Translations under genes and position numbers: made by a program
DNA from: Octopus vulgaris
Lineage: Eukaryota
Reading direction: 5' to 3'
Length of the DNA: 64,000 bases
Assembly: GCA_951406725.2 (NCBI GenBank)
Contig: OX597821.1
Coordinates: 11,160,001 to 11,224,000, forward strand
In this document: piece after piece, positions 25,801 through 39,206 of the stretch
Layout of the letters: the number at the start of each line of letters is the position of its first letter
How positions within the stretch are numbered: position 1 is the first letter of the stretch
The notes under the pieces: model-generated
Seen by the model: the letters and a program-made list of their open reading frames with translations, nothing else
Told to the model about the DNA's origin: nothing
Databases searched by the model: none

Positions 25801-27108
25801 ATTTTGTTAAGTTTACTAACTGAGTTCAACTCCCACTCAAGTTCACTTCGTCGTTTAGTCTTCCTAGTTCGAATGAATTATTAAATTTGGGGTGATAGAA
25901 TCCATGCAATTAGTTATATCCTTAAAATATGCTACTGTAGTAAGATCACATTCGAATCTCAAAATCTAATGAATATAAAATATAATATAATACATAATAA
26001 AAATATTGAACAAGTGAGGGAATATCTCTGTAGTCACTTGACCTGTTGGAAATAGCTACCAATTCTTCCCTTATATCTTGATATCTTGAAAAAATAAACG
26101 AAACATTCCGTATAATGGAGTCAAATCAGGACTTTCTTACTAGTATTACAGACCTCCGGTTTAATCATTGCACAGGTACCTTTAGTTTTGTTCTAACTGC
26201 AACCAAAAACATAAATAGATCAGATTTTGAAGCCTAGACCCATAAGGCCAGCGGGCCACTGATCTGTGTACCCACGCCTTAAGAATGCACTAAATTCCAC
26301 GTACACCGCGATTTGGAATGTTACACGATGGTAACGGATGGGAGGTCATTCATTAGAGTGTATCTGAGATTAAACAATAACAGAAGAAATATTTTCATGA
26401 AATAAAACTATTTTCACACTTTACCTTGTGGTTGCCATAGTTTCCACCTCCATTCTTTAGTATTTCCTTTTAGTAAAAAAAAAAAAGGAATTAATAGAAA
26501 TACTTAATTTCGCTTTTCCTTTCTGTTGATGCCTTGCTGTTTATTGTAGTTGTTAGAATTAACCATAAATTGTAAACAACATTATTATTACCATTAGAAA
26601 CTTTTAGCGAGTTCAAGTGTGTAATATGTAGAAATTAATCTCTGCACTTTTATCTGTGAGTAACAAATGTCCGTTGTCATTCCAGAGTTTAGTGAATTAC
26701 TGTATTACATAAATGTTCAAAAATTTTATTATTCCTCGACCGAATAACTTTGTTTCTCTTATTCCCTCACTTTTGCCTGTCTGTTTCTCAATCTCACTCT
26801 CTCCCCCACTTTCTCACCCTCTCGCTTTTTCTCTCTCTCTCTCGCACATACACGCGCACACATGCACACACACATACACGCATCCGAACACACATATACA
26901 CATACATAGGTGTATGGAAATGTTTGTATGTTCCCATACTAATCTCTTATCCCCTCCCTTTCTTTTATTCTAACCTTGTTTCCTTTTATTTCGTCTTCTC
27001 TTTCACACATACCTGTCTAAGAAACTATCAATCTCTGAGTATATACACAGATATAAACGTTTACACATGCATACACACTCACACACACGCATGCACACAC
27101 ACACAAAC

Positions 27109-27194
<86 letters not shown>

Positions 27195-29169
27195 GTATGT
27201 ATATTTAACAGAATGGGAGATAGATATAAGGGGAGGAAAGAGATAGACAAGAATCTTTCGATGAATACTGAGATGTACATTTATTGCCATGAACCATTGG
27301 AACAATAGAACCAGAGTTTTCTTTTGTAAACAAAGGTATACTGTGAATCATTGTCGTCGATGAAATGACAGTTTCTGGGCATTAGAATAGGATTAGAAAT
27401 CTCAATTACCTTTAATCTTTAGTGTATAAACTATTGTTTCTGTTATCTTGGTGGGTGACTGTAAGACTGTAAGACTGTGATATGTACAAGAACTGTGCGG
27501 CCTTACGTTTGCAGGAAGAACTACGAGAAAACACTTCGCTTTGACGAACCAGTGCAATCCAACAGTTTGTTTTGAATATACCGTGATTGCCTTCTTGTTA
27601 TTTTCCTGTTCTGTAGAAATATAGCCATTGCTATTTACAACAAATAGAACTGAAATTATTTTCCAAAATAATTTGTTTGCAATTAATTTTAAATGACATT
27701 TCCTGTCTTAATATGTCTTCGTCTGTCGAAGAAAAGAGAACTGCAGTAGTTATGCAGCACGGAGCAGCGAACTTTATATGAATTAAAAATTATTCGTCAT
27801 CTTGAAAAGCAGGGTCTCTTTTCTGTATTATAGAGGAATACTTACATTCTAATTGCTGCAGAGTTTCCTCTCAATATTATTGAGAAATACTTACATTGTA
27901 ATTACTGCTTCTTGGAACTCTCATACTGTCTACTTTTACCCACCTCTTTTTCTCCTTTTCGCTGTTTTCCTTCTTCTGTGCAGAAAACCTTCAAATGCTT
28001 TCTTACAGAGATGCAAGTAAAATCTTCGGTTTCTGTCTAGAAGCACTAATTTTATTTATCTCTATTCAAACCATTCGTTCATGCTAACCATGGAATCTTA
28101 AGAGTACATTAGGATCTAGAAGTCCATCGAAAACCTCACTTGACCACAGGTTGCTGCAAATCACTTCTGCGTGACCCAGTTAATAGTATTACGCTGGAAT
28201 ATTGAAATGCAAAACAACTCCTAATTCTTATCTAGCTATGTCTTTGATTGTATTTCCTTTCTTAGATACGAGGTATTTTTAATGTTAAATACAAGTAGCG
28301 CGCAGACTCAGACTACTTTCTTGCCTAATCTGTTGTTCCAAACACCAGGTTCGCTCTTCAGTATGTCTCTTCTTATCGAAGATGAATATATAATGTCATG
28401 TAAGAGGCCTTATTTATTTTAATAAGGGTTACAAAATATAATTGTGTAACCCTTATTAAAATAAAGATCTGTCATTCTTCTCCTAGCTCCGTTTTGGATA
28501 AATTTCCCGTAGAAAGTGATGTTCAATTACGGCACATCTTTCTGCATGATTGTCTTTCCCCCTTGGGAACAACTATGTCATATGGAATAACTCTTTATAG
28601 ACTTCAACCTACATAAAGATATTTTATAGTTCTTTTTGAAGTTGTTAGTGCTCTCGTTGCAGTGTCGCCTATATTTTTTGTCACTCAATTTATATTTTGA
28701 ACACAAATTTTGATGTGTAATTCTGTGTTTATATATTCGTCTGTTGACTTATCGTGTTGTTTAGTTTTGACTTTAAAAATGTGGACAGGAACGTGTAATA
28801 TATTCAGATATTCCTGACTTACTTAAACTGTGGCAAGTATCTCTACGTGGGGCTATGATGATCTAATAATCACATAGAAAATAACCGCTAGCAAAATAAA
28901 AAGCACATTGTTAAAGAACAATGTCAATTTCTCCCTGTACGGTAAGCAATAAAAATGGGTTAATCAGTCCCTTATGATTCTGGTCAAGTAATAAAACAGC
29001 TTAGCACAATAAAATCAACGAAAAATACTTTTTAACAGAAAACAAAGCACAAATTCACTGCGCTTTCAAAATACGTTCAGCTTTGTCGATAATCGAGACC
29101 AACGATGAAGTATACGATGACGACAAGAGCAACGAAGAAGAAGATAATGGGGACGAGGATCATTTCTTT

Positions 29170-29170
29170 A

Positions 29171-29248
<78 letters not shown>

Positions 29249-29260
29249 GTAATAATAATA
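29170..29260. repeat. (CTA)n-(TAA)n microsatellite
   Basis: Directly visible. Confidence 0.95.
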
Positions 29261-29284
29261 AAGGTTGTCACAAGTGTAGCCATT

Positions 29285-29453
29285 TTAGGGGAGGGTACGA
29301 ATTTATTGCATTGACTCCAGTTTTTCACTAGCATTTATTTCATCGACCCCCAAATGATGAGAGACAAAGTTGACCTCGGTGGAATCTGAACTCAGAACGT
29401 AAAGAAGCTTAGCACTTCGCCCGGTGTGCTAACAATTCTGCCAGCTCACCGCC
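29285..29453 (-). mobile_element. SINE family B between TAA arrays
   Basis: tttcatcgacccc...aaagttgacctcggtggaatctgaactcagaacg...ctgccagctcaccgcc, followed by (TAA)n at 29455-29565. Confidence 0.8.
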
Positions 29454-29566
<113 letters not shown>

Positions 29567-30146
29567 TCAACTTACGTCGAAAGTCAACAACCAAAGTTTG
29601 CTTTAGAAACGTTGAGATGTATTGAAAGATACAGATAAGGAAATAATTTTATTCTCAAACGCAGGATGATGCTAATAATATAGCATGAACAGGATAAGCT
29701 ATTCATATTTTGCCGAAAAATCTGTCCCTGTCATTACGCGTCAAGTGCTTTAATATTAAGCTAAACTGCCCCAACGACAAATTCTTCTGCAAATTTAGGA
29801 TATATAAATCTAGCTTTATAAGACGCTACCGTACGTTGAAAGTCTACAAACATACGATAGCTGCTTATAAAGCTAGATTTGAGGAAGATGTCTGTCAGTC
29901 CCGTTGTTTTCGGGGAAATGTTAGAGAAATCGGAATTGACATGAGAGCAGAGGGAGCCCAATATAACTGCTCAGCTGGAGACAGCTAGGGTTTTGAGATT
30001 GGTACTTTGATGTTGAATGCCTACCACGATAATTAAAAACCAAGTACCAATGCCTATAGTAAATGGAAATAGATCCCGTGAAACTTCTGACATCATGCTG
30101 CTGTTCACTCTTACAGTATTTACCAGAGCACACCAGACCGAGCTCT

Positions 30147-30349
30147 TACTCTTTTACTCTTTTACTTGTTTCAGTCATTCGACTGCGGCCATGCTGGAGC
30201 ACCGCCTTTAGTCGAGCAACTCGACCCCGGGACTTATTCTTTATAAGCCCAGTACTTATTCTATCGGTCTCTTTTGCCGAACCGCTAAGTGACGGGGACG
30301 TAAACACACCAGCATCGGTTGTCAAGCAATGCTAGGGGGACAAACACAG

Positions 30350-30400
<51 letters not shown>

Positions 30401-30564
30401 CGACAGGCTTCTTTCAGTTTCCGTCTACCAAATCCACTCACAAGGCATTGGTCGGCCCGGGGCTATAGCAGAAGACACTTGCCCAAGATGCCACGCAGTG
30501 GGACGGAACCCGGAACCATGTGGCTGGTTAGCAAGCTACTTACCACACAGCCACTCCTGCGCCT
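30147..30564 (-). mobile_element. SINE family A, full length, 7-bp TSD
   Basis: Family A sequence. gagctct at 30140-30146 and 30565-30571. Confidence 0.92.
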
Positions 30565-31203
30565 GAGCTCTATGAGAAGTAATAGAATTATAATAATAAA
30601 CTATGATGATTGTGATGATAGTGATAGTGATGATTTCATTTATTTTCCACAAAGCAATTAGATGAGATGTGCATTACAAGATGAGGTGACAATTTGTGTG
30701 GTGGCTTACATAAAAGATGAGAATGAATGAAGGGGTCAAATGGGGTTAAAGTACGCAGAATACAAAATACGTGAACACATCAAGGATAAGCCTCTCAAAA
30801 CAGAAGACAAATGCGTGTTATTTGAGATAAATTTGGCTATTGTTCTTTTAGAGTTTTAGTGGCATCGTAAAGGCTACCTTTCTCATGCATGCAGAAGTTA
30901 TAAGAAATCTACGTTGTTTTATCTTATAGTGTTTGGTTTAAATGGGTGTGTAATTTAAAACTGAATCAGATATCACAGAATAATCAAAAACAGATTATAA
31001 TGACGCCAACTACAGTGACAGACAACGGTTAATCATGATGGCTACAACAAAATCAAATTTCAACTTGAGTTCATCTTTTAAAAACAATTGCAGGAAGACA
31101 CACAAAAAGTTAGATTTGTATGCAAACAGAGTTCAAATGTACAATTACACGTATGAATATGCCTGATAATTTCTGTGAACTTTTGTATATGTGAGATGAT
31201 GAC

Positions 31204-31266
<63 letters not shown>

Positions 31267-31416
31267 GTGTTCAAGAAGTATTCTTTTACAATCTATTGTA
31301 ACAATGATATTTGTCTTTTGTTTCAAAATCCGAATAGAGTCATACTTTAAGCCGAGCAGGTCATATAACATATATAAACGTCTAGAATACACACACACAG
31401 ACACACACACACACGC

Positions 31417-31448
<32 letters not shown>

Positions 31449-31675
31449 AATATATACATGCATATATATATTTGTAAAAGTTTGCTTATACATGTGTATA
31501 TATGAGATATAGACAATTGCAATCATATGTAAAAACATATATATAATATATATGTTCTAATATTTTGACATACATATATATAATATGTATGGGCACATAC
31601 TTACGCACAGGTTCACACACACACACACGCAAGCACACACACACTCACACTCACACATACACTCATACACACACC

Positions 31676-31733
<58 letters not shown>

Positions 31734-31735
<2 letters not shown>

Positions 31736-33034
31736 GCTCTGGCAGGGACTGTCTAACACAGCTCTTACACCACATTGAAGATGTACTCAAGGCCTTGGGA
31801 ACAGGTTCGAACTCTGACATCATATATCTTGACTTCAGTAAAGCGTTCGACAGGGTAGACCATAATATCCTACTCTCAAAATTGGCAAATGTTGGAATCC
31901 GTGGAAAAGTTCTACACTGGATTAAGTATTTCCTGGCGAATAGAACACAACATGTTGTAGTTGAAGGATTCAACTCAAGCCCAGCAAAGGTCACCAGCGG
32001 TGTTCCCGAGGGGACTGTTTTGGGTCCGCTACTCTTCATAATTTACATAAACGACCTTTCCAGTGTCGTACATTACTGCAACGTGAAAATATTTGCTGAT
32101 GACACTAATTTCCAGCAAATCGTCATTGAAGAAGCAGACCGAACTCAACTCCAGTCTGATCTATATGCTGTGAGTCAATGGGCAGACAGAAACAAAATGC
32201 AACTGAATGAGGGAAAATTTGAGCTGATGCATTTTGGAAGAAATTCCTCACTAAAACAACCACACTCTCTTCCTTCAGGGAATATCAGAGACATGGGTGT
32301 AATTGTTGATGACGATCTCAGTTGGAGTGCACACATCAACAAGAAGGTCGATATAGATCGTAGGATGAGTTCCTGGATCTTAACAACCTTCCGGTCCAGA
32401 GAACAAGGTGTCATCACACCACATTTTTCCTCCTTTGTACGGCCACACCTTGAATACTGCTGCCCACTGTGGTCTCCCCATACAAGACAAAACATCTCCA
32501 GAATTGAGTCACCCCAGAGGGCACTCACTAAACGAATTAAAGGCATGGCTGCTCTCGATTATTGGGATCGCCTTAAAGCCTTGAAACTTTACTCCCTCCA
32601 GTGTCGCCGTGAGCGGTATATCATTTGTACAATGTGGAGAATATACCGCCACCTTTTCCCAAACGACCTTAACACTAGTTTCAAGGTTCATCCAAGACTG
32701 GGACCACGGGCCATACGTCCCCTGCCCAATTCAAGATCACAACATACATGTACACTGCAACATAATTTCTTTTCCTCAACAGGCCCTGCCCTATTTAACA
32801 TTGTCCCGGGGGAGATAAAAGAGGAAAAGGATCCCATCAACTTCAAACAGAGTCTGGATAGATTCCTTCAAAGAATACCAGATAAGCCACCCATAATTGG
32901 ATACAACTCACCCAACAAGAACTCACTACTTGAACAAAACTTGACTTAAACAGGATTCGAATAATCCTATCAGGTGGTGCTATTAAGTTAGACATGGCCT
33001 GGACCAATCTTTGGTCGAAACATATCTAAGATTA

Positions 33035-33040
<6 letters not shown>
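31734..33040 (+). mobile_element. 5'-truncated CR1-group LINE inserted in (TA)n; RT frame open 31734-32949
   Basis: YLDFSKAFDRVDH, SGVPEGTVLGPLLFIIYINDL, KIFADD, RDMGV, RPHLEYCCPLWSPH, LKLYSL.RRER, FKQSLDRFL. Short 3' UTR ending atctaagattatctaa, then (TA)n. The annotated ATG at 31585 lies in microsatellite. Confidence 0.93.
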
Positions 33041-33077
<37 letters not shown>

Positions 33078-33479
33078 ATTAAAAGCAGCTAGCATTGTAA
33101 ACATTATAGACCCCATATAAACCATTTTTGTGTTTTGTTTATTCGCAGAATACGCTGCGACGTAGCGTTTAGGGAGAGACTCACTAACAACGGTGGGTGT
33201 TGAAACTTATAACGGTCACAGAAAAGGTGAGGCAACTCGACTCGGATCGAACCAAGTGTGGTGGATACCGATATTCTGCCACTTCTTATGGTTTGTTAAG
33301 AAAAATACAACTCCTAGAAAGAACTGAATCGCTGATTTATGATTATATGCTGCTCATGTGAAAACTGTTGCTTGATGTGCGACAGTGATGCACGTATATA
33401 AGTGAATTAAATTCCGAATTAAAAGACGCACTAGTAAAGTAAACATTATCGATAAAGGGAAAGTTAGTAAAGTTACTTT

Positions 33480-33716
33480 CTCAAGTCCCCCTGATTTCCA
33501 AGGGCCGGTTTCTCGGTTTCATGGCTCATATATTCCCCACCTGGACAGGACACCGAGCCGTCGCAAGATTACTAATTGTTGGCAGCTAAGTGGACTGGAG
33601 CAGCGGGAAAAGAAGTATTTTACTCAAGAAGACAACGCGTCCCACGGTCCAGGATTCGAAACCTCAATCTTACGATCATGAGTTCAACTCCCTAACCACT
33701 CAGTCATACGCCTCCA
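33480..33716 (-). mobile_element. tRNA-derived SINE (head like family C; V-domain-like centre)
   Basis: Minus strand: tggaggcgtatgactgagtggttaggg...gtttcgaatcctggacc...ttgcgacggctcggtgtcctgtccagg...gaaaccgg. Confidence 0.7.
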
Positions 33717-34284
33717 CAATATTATCGACCGCACATAAAGAATGTATGTTTTTTATTCGCCATTATTGTGGCTTATCAATGGCGAATTATCGCTAAACAA
33801 GACTCTTCATCCCATCAGCGTACTTAGTGACTCTCTTCCCAAACGCTCTCTCGCAGTAAATTCGTTGAATAAGCAGAACAGATACGTTGCGTATGAACGA
33901 TCGATAATATATATATGTATATATGTCAGGCAAACATATATATGCCTAAGACTAATAACCCAGTGTAGAAATCAATAGACTTATGTTTCACAACGAAGTG
34001 TTCGCTGAGGGTAGAGCGGCAATAATAAATAGAGATGGTAAAGGAGTAAATAATTATCTTATGACATTTATTAGCGTATAGTTGTTTCTTCTATAAGATG
34101 CGGTGAACTCATGGTTGAGTGCCTGAATAACAACTCATATCTTCATCGAAGACTCGAATATGAAGTACAACATATTTGGCACAGAATTACGTTTCACAAC
34201 CACATTTGTCTATCAATCAATCTATATGTATATTTATACTAATACACTCGCGCACACACTCATATATGTGAAAATGTAGGTATG

Positions 34285-34398
<114 letters not shown>

Positions 34399-34414
34399 GT
34401 GTGAGTATACATAT

Positions 34415-34606
34415 AGGGAGCATTCACCCCAAAAAATCAAAAGACGAAGACAGGTGGTATAGACAAGAAACAGATGTATTAGTATAACGCCGGGAAGTAA
34501 AAAAGTCTTTAACGTTTCGAGCCTACGCTCTTCCACGGGAAGGAACACAGAAAGAAACAAGGGGAGGAAATTAATAAATGTGTAGTGGCTAGCGATCTAT
34601 CATGGT
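34415..34606 (-). mobile_element. Penelope-like pseudo-LTR fragment (family P1) with variant hammerhead at 34507-34542
   Basis: Homologous to 200-380. The minus strand reads cttc-ccgtggaa-gag-cgtagg-ctc-gaaac-gtt-aaag. Confidence 0.6.
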
Positions 34607-34619
34607 GAATGTGTGTGTC

Positions 34620-34948
34620 TGTATATATATATATATATAAATATATATAAATATATATAAATATATATAAATATAAATAAATATATATAAATATATATAA
34701 ATATAAATAAATATATATAAATATATATATATAAATAAATATAAATATATATAATATAAATAAATATATATAAATATATATATAGATAAATATATATAGA
34801 TATATATAAATATATAGAAATATATATATATATATAAATAAATATATATATATATATAAATATATATAAATATATATATAAATAAATATATATATATAAA
34901 GAAATATATATATAAATAAATATATACATATATATATAAAGAAATATA
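34620..34948. repeat. AT-only minisatellite, approximately (ATATATATAA)n
   Basis: Directly visible. Confidence 0.9.
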
Positions 34949-35310
34949 TACTCTTTTACTCTTTTACTTGTTTCAGTCATTTGACTGCGGCCATGCTGGA
35001 GCACCGCCTTTAATCGAGCAACTTGACCCCGGGACTTATTCTTTTGTAAGCGCAGTACTTATTCTATCGGTCTCTTTTGCCGAACTGCTAAGTAACGGGG
35101 ACATAAACACACCAGCTTCGGTTATCAAGCAATGCTAGGAGGACAAACACAGACGCACAAACACACACACGCATATATATATATACATATACACGACGGG
35201 CTTCTTTCAGTTTCCGTCTACCAAATCCACTCACAAGGCTTTGGTCGGCCCGAGGCTATAGTAGAAGACACTCACCCTGAACCCGGAACCATGTGGTTGG
35301 TAAACAAGCT
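34949..35310 (-). mobile_element. SINE family A, subfamily 2, head truncated
   Basis: Diagnostic variants (gacgggcttc, aaggctttgg, gtaaacaagct) shared with 55486-55881. Confidence 0.88.
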
Positions 35311-35624
35311 ATAAAGTTATATCTAGAGTGACAACAACGCTCAAGATATACAACGGACTGGAAATAGAAGTGGTCCAAGGAGCTGTATATACTTATTTAT
35401 CCAAGAGGAGGCAATGCGAGCAACAACCACAGGAACATCACTAAATTCATAGTCCAAACACATACAAATCTTATATACTATTTTATATCTAAACAGTCCG
35501 ACATTTTTTAAAACTTAATAATTTAGTAATATATAAATAAGTATCATATACAAATAAAAATATAAATATAATTATAATAGGCGCATATTATATTAATATA
35601 ATTATAATAATTATATAATTAATA

Positions 35625-35795
35625 GGCGCAGGAGTGGCTGTGTGGTAAGTAGCTTGCTAACCAACCACATGGTTCTGGGTTCAATCCCACTGCGTGGCAT
35701 CTTGGAATAGTGTCTTCTGCTATAGCCCCGGGCCGACCAATGCCTTGTGAGTGGATTTGGTAGACGGAAACTGAAAGAAGCCTGTCGTATATATG

Positions 35796-35828
<33 letters not shown>

Positions 35829-36053
35829 TTGTGTGTCTGTGTTTGTCCCCCTGTCATTGCTTGACAACCGATGCTGGTGTGTGTTTACGTCCCCGTCACT
35901 TAGCGGTTCGGCAAAAGAGACCGATGGAATAAGTACTGGGCTTACAAAAAGAATAAGTCCCAGGTTCGAGTTGCTCGGCTGGAGGCGGTGCTCCAGCATG
36001 GCCGCAGTCAAATGACTGAAACAAGTAAAAGAGTAAAAGAGAGTAAAAGAGTA
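35625..36053 (+). mobile_element. SINE family A, full length
   Basis: ggcgcaggagtggctgtgtgg ... aagtaaaagagtaaaagag. Confidence 0.92.
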
Positions 36054-36476
36054 ATAAATATAAATTTTGCATTTAACACGCATAAAACTTTTAAAATAAG
36101 AGAAATAAATATAATGATAATAAAATAAAAAGATGGCATATCAAAAGACGAATAAAATTCCGGCGAATGGTACATAGAATATAATATATATACAGGCTTA
36201 CAAAAATATAAGATATACAGAAGTCCATATTTTTATTTGTACTTATATATTACTGAATTTAAATTTTTTTTAAATGTCGGACTGTTTAGATATAAATTAG
36301 TATATAATATTTATATGTGTTTGGTCTATCTTTGAATTTAGTGAATTTCCTGTGGTTGTTGCTCGCATTGCCTCCCCTTGGATAAATAAGTATGTATATG
36401 TATATATGCATATGTATATATGTGTATATATATATATGCATACACACCCACACACACACATACACACATATATGTA

Positions 36477-36527
<51 letters not shown>

Positions 36528-36810
36528 CACTCGCTATATTTCTGTTTCTTTGGAGGTGGCTCCGTTGGCCACTACTGCCTGACATCTATATTTTAGAAAG
36601 TCATGTCCCCACTCTTCAAGTTTTCCGATTTATATATATATATAGGCTTGTGTATGTGTGTGTGTTTGTGTGTGTGTGTGAGTGTGTGTGTCTTAAGACT
36701 TTATATTACGCTCGTCATTTATGTACACATCTAGACATGTATTAGATTACGACAGCTAACATGATAAATGATTCCCACAGCGTATGGAAAAAGCATGTTC
36801 AAGAATATAG

Positions 36811-36847
<37 letters not shown>

Positions 36848-36877
36848 TATTTAAATTGCATTTTATAAACCTTTTTT

Positions 36878-36927
<50 letters not shown>

Positions 36928-37559
36928 CATACATATATATATGTATATGTATTGTATCAGGAAATTGAAATCATAATTCGTCTACAATTCCATTAAATTT
37001 CGAGAAATTACAAGGATTTTTCAATGGCAATTTGATTTTTGCAATATATATAGAAATGGATAAATTAAAATACCAGAATCAATTATCGAAGCCAGAAAAT
37101 GCTTTCAATAAACTTTAATGAAAGTGTCATTTGGAAGTCGAACAATGCCTTCTTCGTTAGTTGTGAATACTCGTTCTCAGAAAGAAATGTACAAATAATA
37201 TCAAATATGATATGCAGATGAACCTACCTCGCGTAGGAGACGTAAACGATGGTGGCGACATCCAACAGCCTTATTCCCCAAATACCACATATCAGGTTCT
37301 CAATAATAACAACGTAACAAAGCGGCAGTGCTGAAGCATGGCTGAAACTTTGAGCTGAAACCAATAAAAAATTACTAGCTATATTAATCCGATAAAAATT
37401 AATTTCCTTCGACTCTTCATATATTTTTTGTTATTCTGGAAGTAACATATAAAAATTATGTCCGTTAGACACTTTATTTTTGACACGTTAGACACGTTTA
37501 TTTTTGAAATGCAATTTTGTACATGTTGGAAAAGGGCAGCTACCTCCCTTTGGAGGACC

Positions 37560-37790
37560 GCTAGAGACTGAGGATCATATCCTTTGTCTTCGTTGTGTAG
37601 TTTTACACAAGAATTACCTTCTACTTTCTATATTCACGCTGTAGGTTTTTTTCCTATAGGCGGACATCAGACATGCCGAAACTTTAATTCCTCCTTCTTT
37701 CCTTCCTTTCCTGAGCGTCCAGTAACACTATACTTGTTCCACGTCCTCGCGTTGTTGTGTTTTCTGTTTTCATGTTTGGATTAACTATAT
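37560..37790 (+). mobile_element. Penelope-like terminal fragment ending in (TA)n (related to 44560-44722)
   Basis: tttcctgagcgtccagtaacactatacttgttccacgtcctcgcgttgttgtg...tttggatt is shared with 44638-44718. Confidence 0.6.
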
Positions 37791-37860
37791 ATATCTATAT
37801 CATTGCGAACGCCCTCATATATTGCAGTATTATCATTAACATTATGATTATTATTATTAT

Positions 37861-38519
37861 TCAGTAGTTTTATTTTTATTTTCACTATCGAGCGCAGCTC
37901 TGTGTGACATAGGTATGTGCTGTGATTTGTTGTGATGCTCTGATGGTTATTGTATGGAAAGTGTTCTGCGTAGGATGTGTGCAGTGCCTAGTAGTGCAAT
38001 TTTCTGTATGTTATATGTGTTTGTAAGTCCTGGTGTTTTTGTTATGTATTTGTCTGAATATTTTTTTATCATGCCTAATGCACCTACTATGATAGGAATT
38101 GTTTCTGTTTTTAGATTTCACATTCTGGTTACATCTATTTCCAGGTCTTTGTATTTTGAAAGTTTCTCCATTTCTTTTAGAGACACGTTGTCATCTGCCG
38201 GTATTGATACATCAATTAGAAAGCATTTTTTTCTTCATGATCTCTCACAACTATATCTGGTATGTTGGCCTTAATTTCTCTCTCTGTGTGTATCGGCATA
38301 TCCCAGAGTATGGTTGCTTTCTCGTTTTCTGTGACCTTTTCTGGTGTGTGCCTATACCATCTTTTTTCTGTTGTTATTCCATAATGTTGGCATAGCTTCC
38401 AGTGTATGTAGGTTCCAACTCTGTCATGTCTGTGAATATATTCCTTCTTAGCCAGGACTGGGCAGCCAGAGATAATATGATTTATTGTTTCTTGTTCATC
38501 TCCACACATTCTGCAGTCA
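37861..38519 (-). mobile_element. R4/Dong-like RLE LINE 3' end, copy 1, in (TAA)n
   Basis: CRMCGDEQETINHIISGC, RHD, LWDMPIHT, PDIVV, D.SIP, EKLSKYKDL, QKIALLGTAHILRR. Flanked by TAA repeats. Confidence 0.9.
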
Positions 38520-38537
38520 TTATTATTATTATTATTA

Positions 38538-39206
38538 TTCAGTAGTTTTATTTTTATAGCGTGCTTTCACTTCACTACCGAGCGCAGCTCTGTGTGACAT
38601 AGGTATGTGCTGTGATTTGTTGTGATGCTCTGATGGTTATTGTATGGAAAGTGTTTTGCGTAGGATGTGTGCAGTGCCTAGTAGTGCAATTTTCTGTATG
38701 TTATATATGTTTGTAAGTCCTGGTGTTTTTGTTATGTATTTATCTGTATATTTTTTTATCATGCCTAATGCACATACTATAATAGGAATTGTTTCTGTTT
38801 TCAGATTCCACATTCTAGTTACCTCTATTTCCAGGTCTTTGTATTTTGAGAGTTTCTCCATTTCTTTTAGAGACACGTTGTCATCTGCCGGTATTGATAC
38901 ATCAATTAGAAAGCATTTTTTTCTTCGTGATCTCTGACAACTATATCTGGTATGTTGGCCTTAATTTCTCTATCTGTGTGTATCGGCATATCCCAGAGTA
39001 TGGTTGCTTTCTCGTTTTCTGTGACCTTTTCTGGTGTGTGCCTATACCATCTTTTTTCTGTTGTTATTCCATAATGTTGGCATAGCTTCCGATGTATGTA
39101 GGTTCCAATTCTGTCATGTCTGTGAATATATTCCTTCTTAGCCAGGACTGGGCAGCCAGAGATAATATGATTTATTGTTACTTGTTCATCTCCACACATT
39201 CAGCAG

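Noticed and set aside
26227-26380. GC-rich segment considered as an HDV-like ribozyme
   Set aside because: The nested double-pseudoknot pairings could not be established. More likely a decayed interspersed repeat.
27900-28400. Possible decayed LINE endonuclease region on the minus strand
   Set aside because: Only a faint resemblance. No diagnostic motif could be read with confidence.
31585-31733. N-terminal extension of the 454-aa ORF
   Set aside because: It is microsatellite that happens to be in frame with the truncated LINE RT, not a real start.
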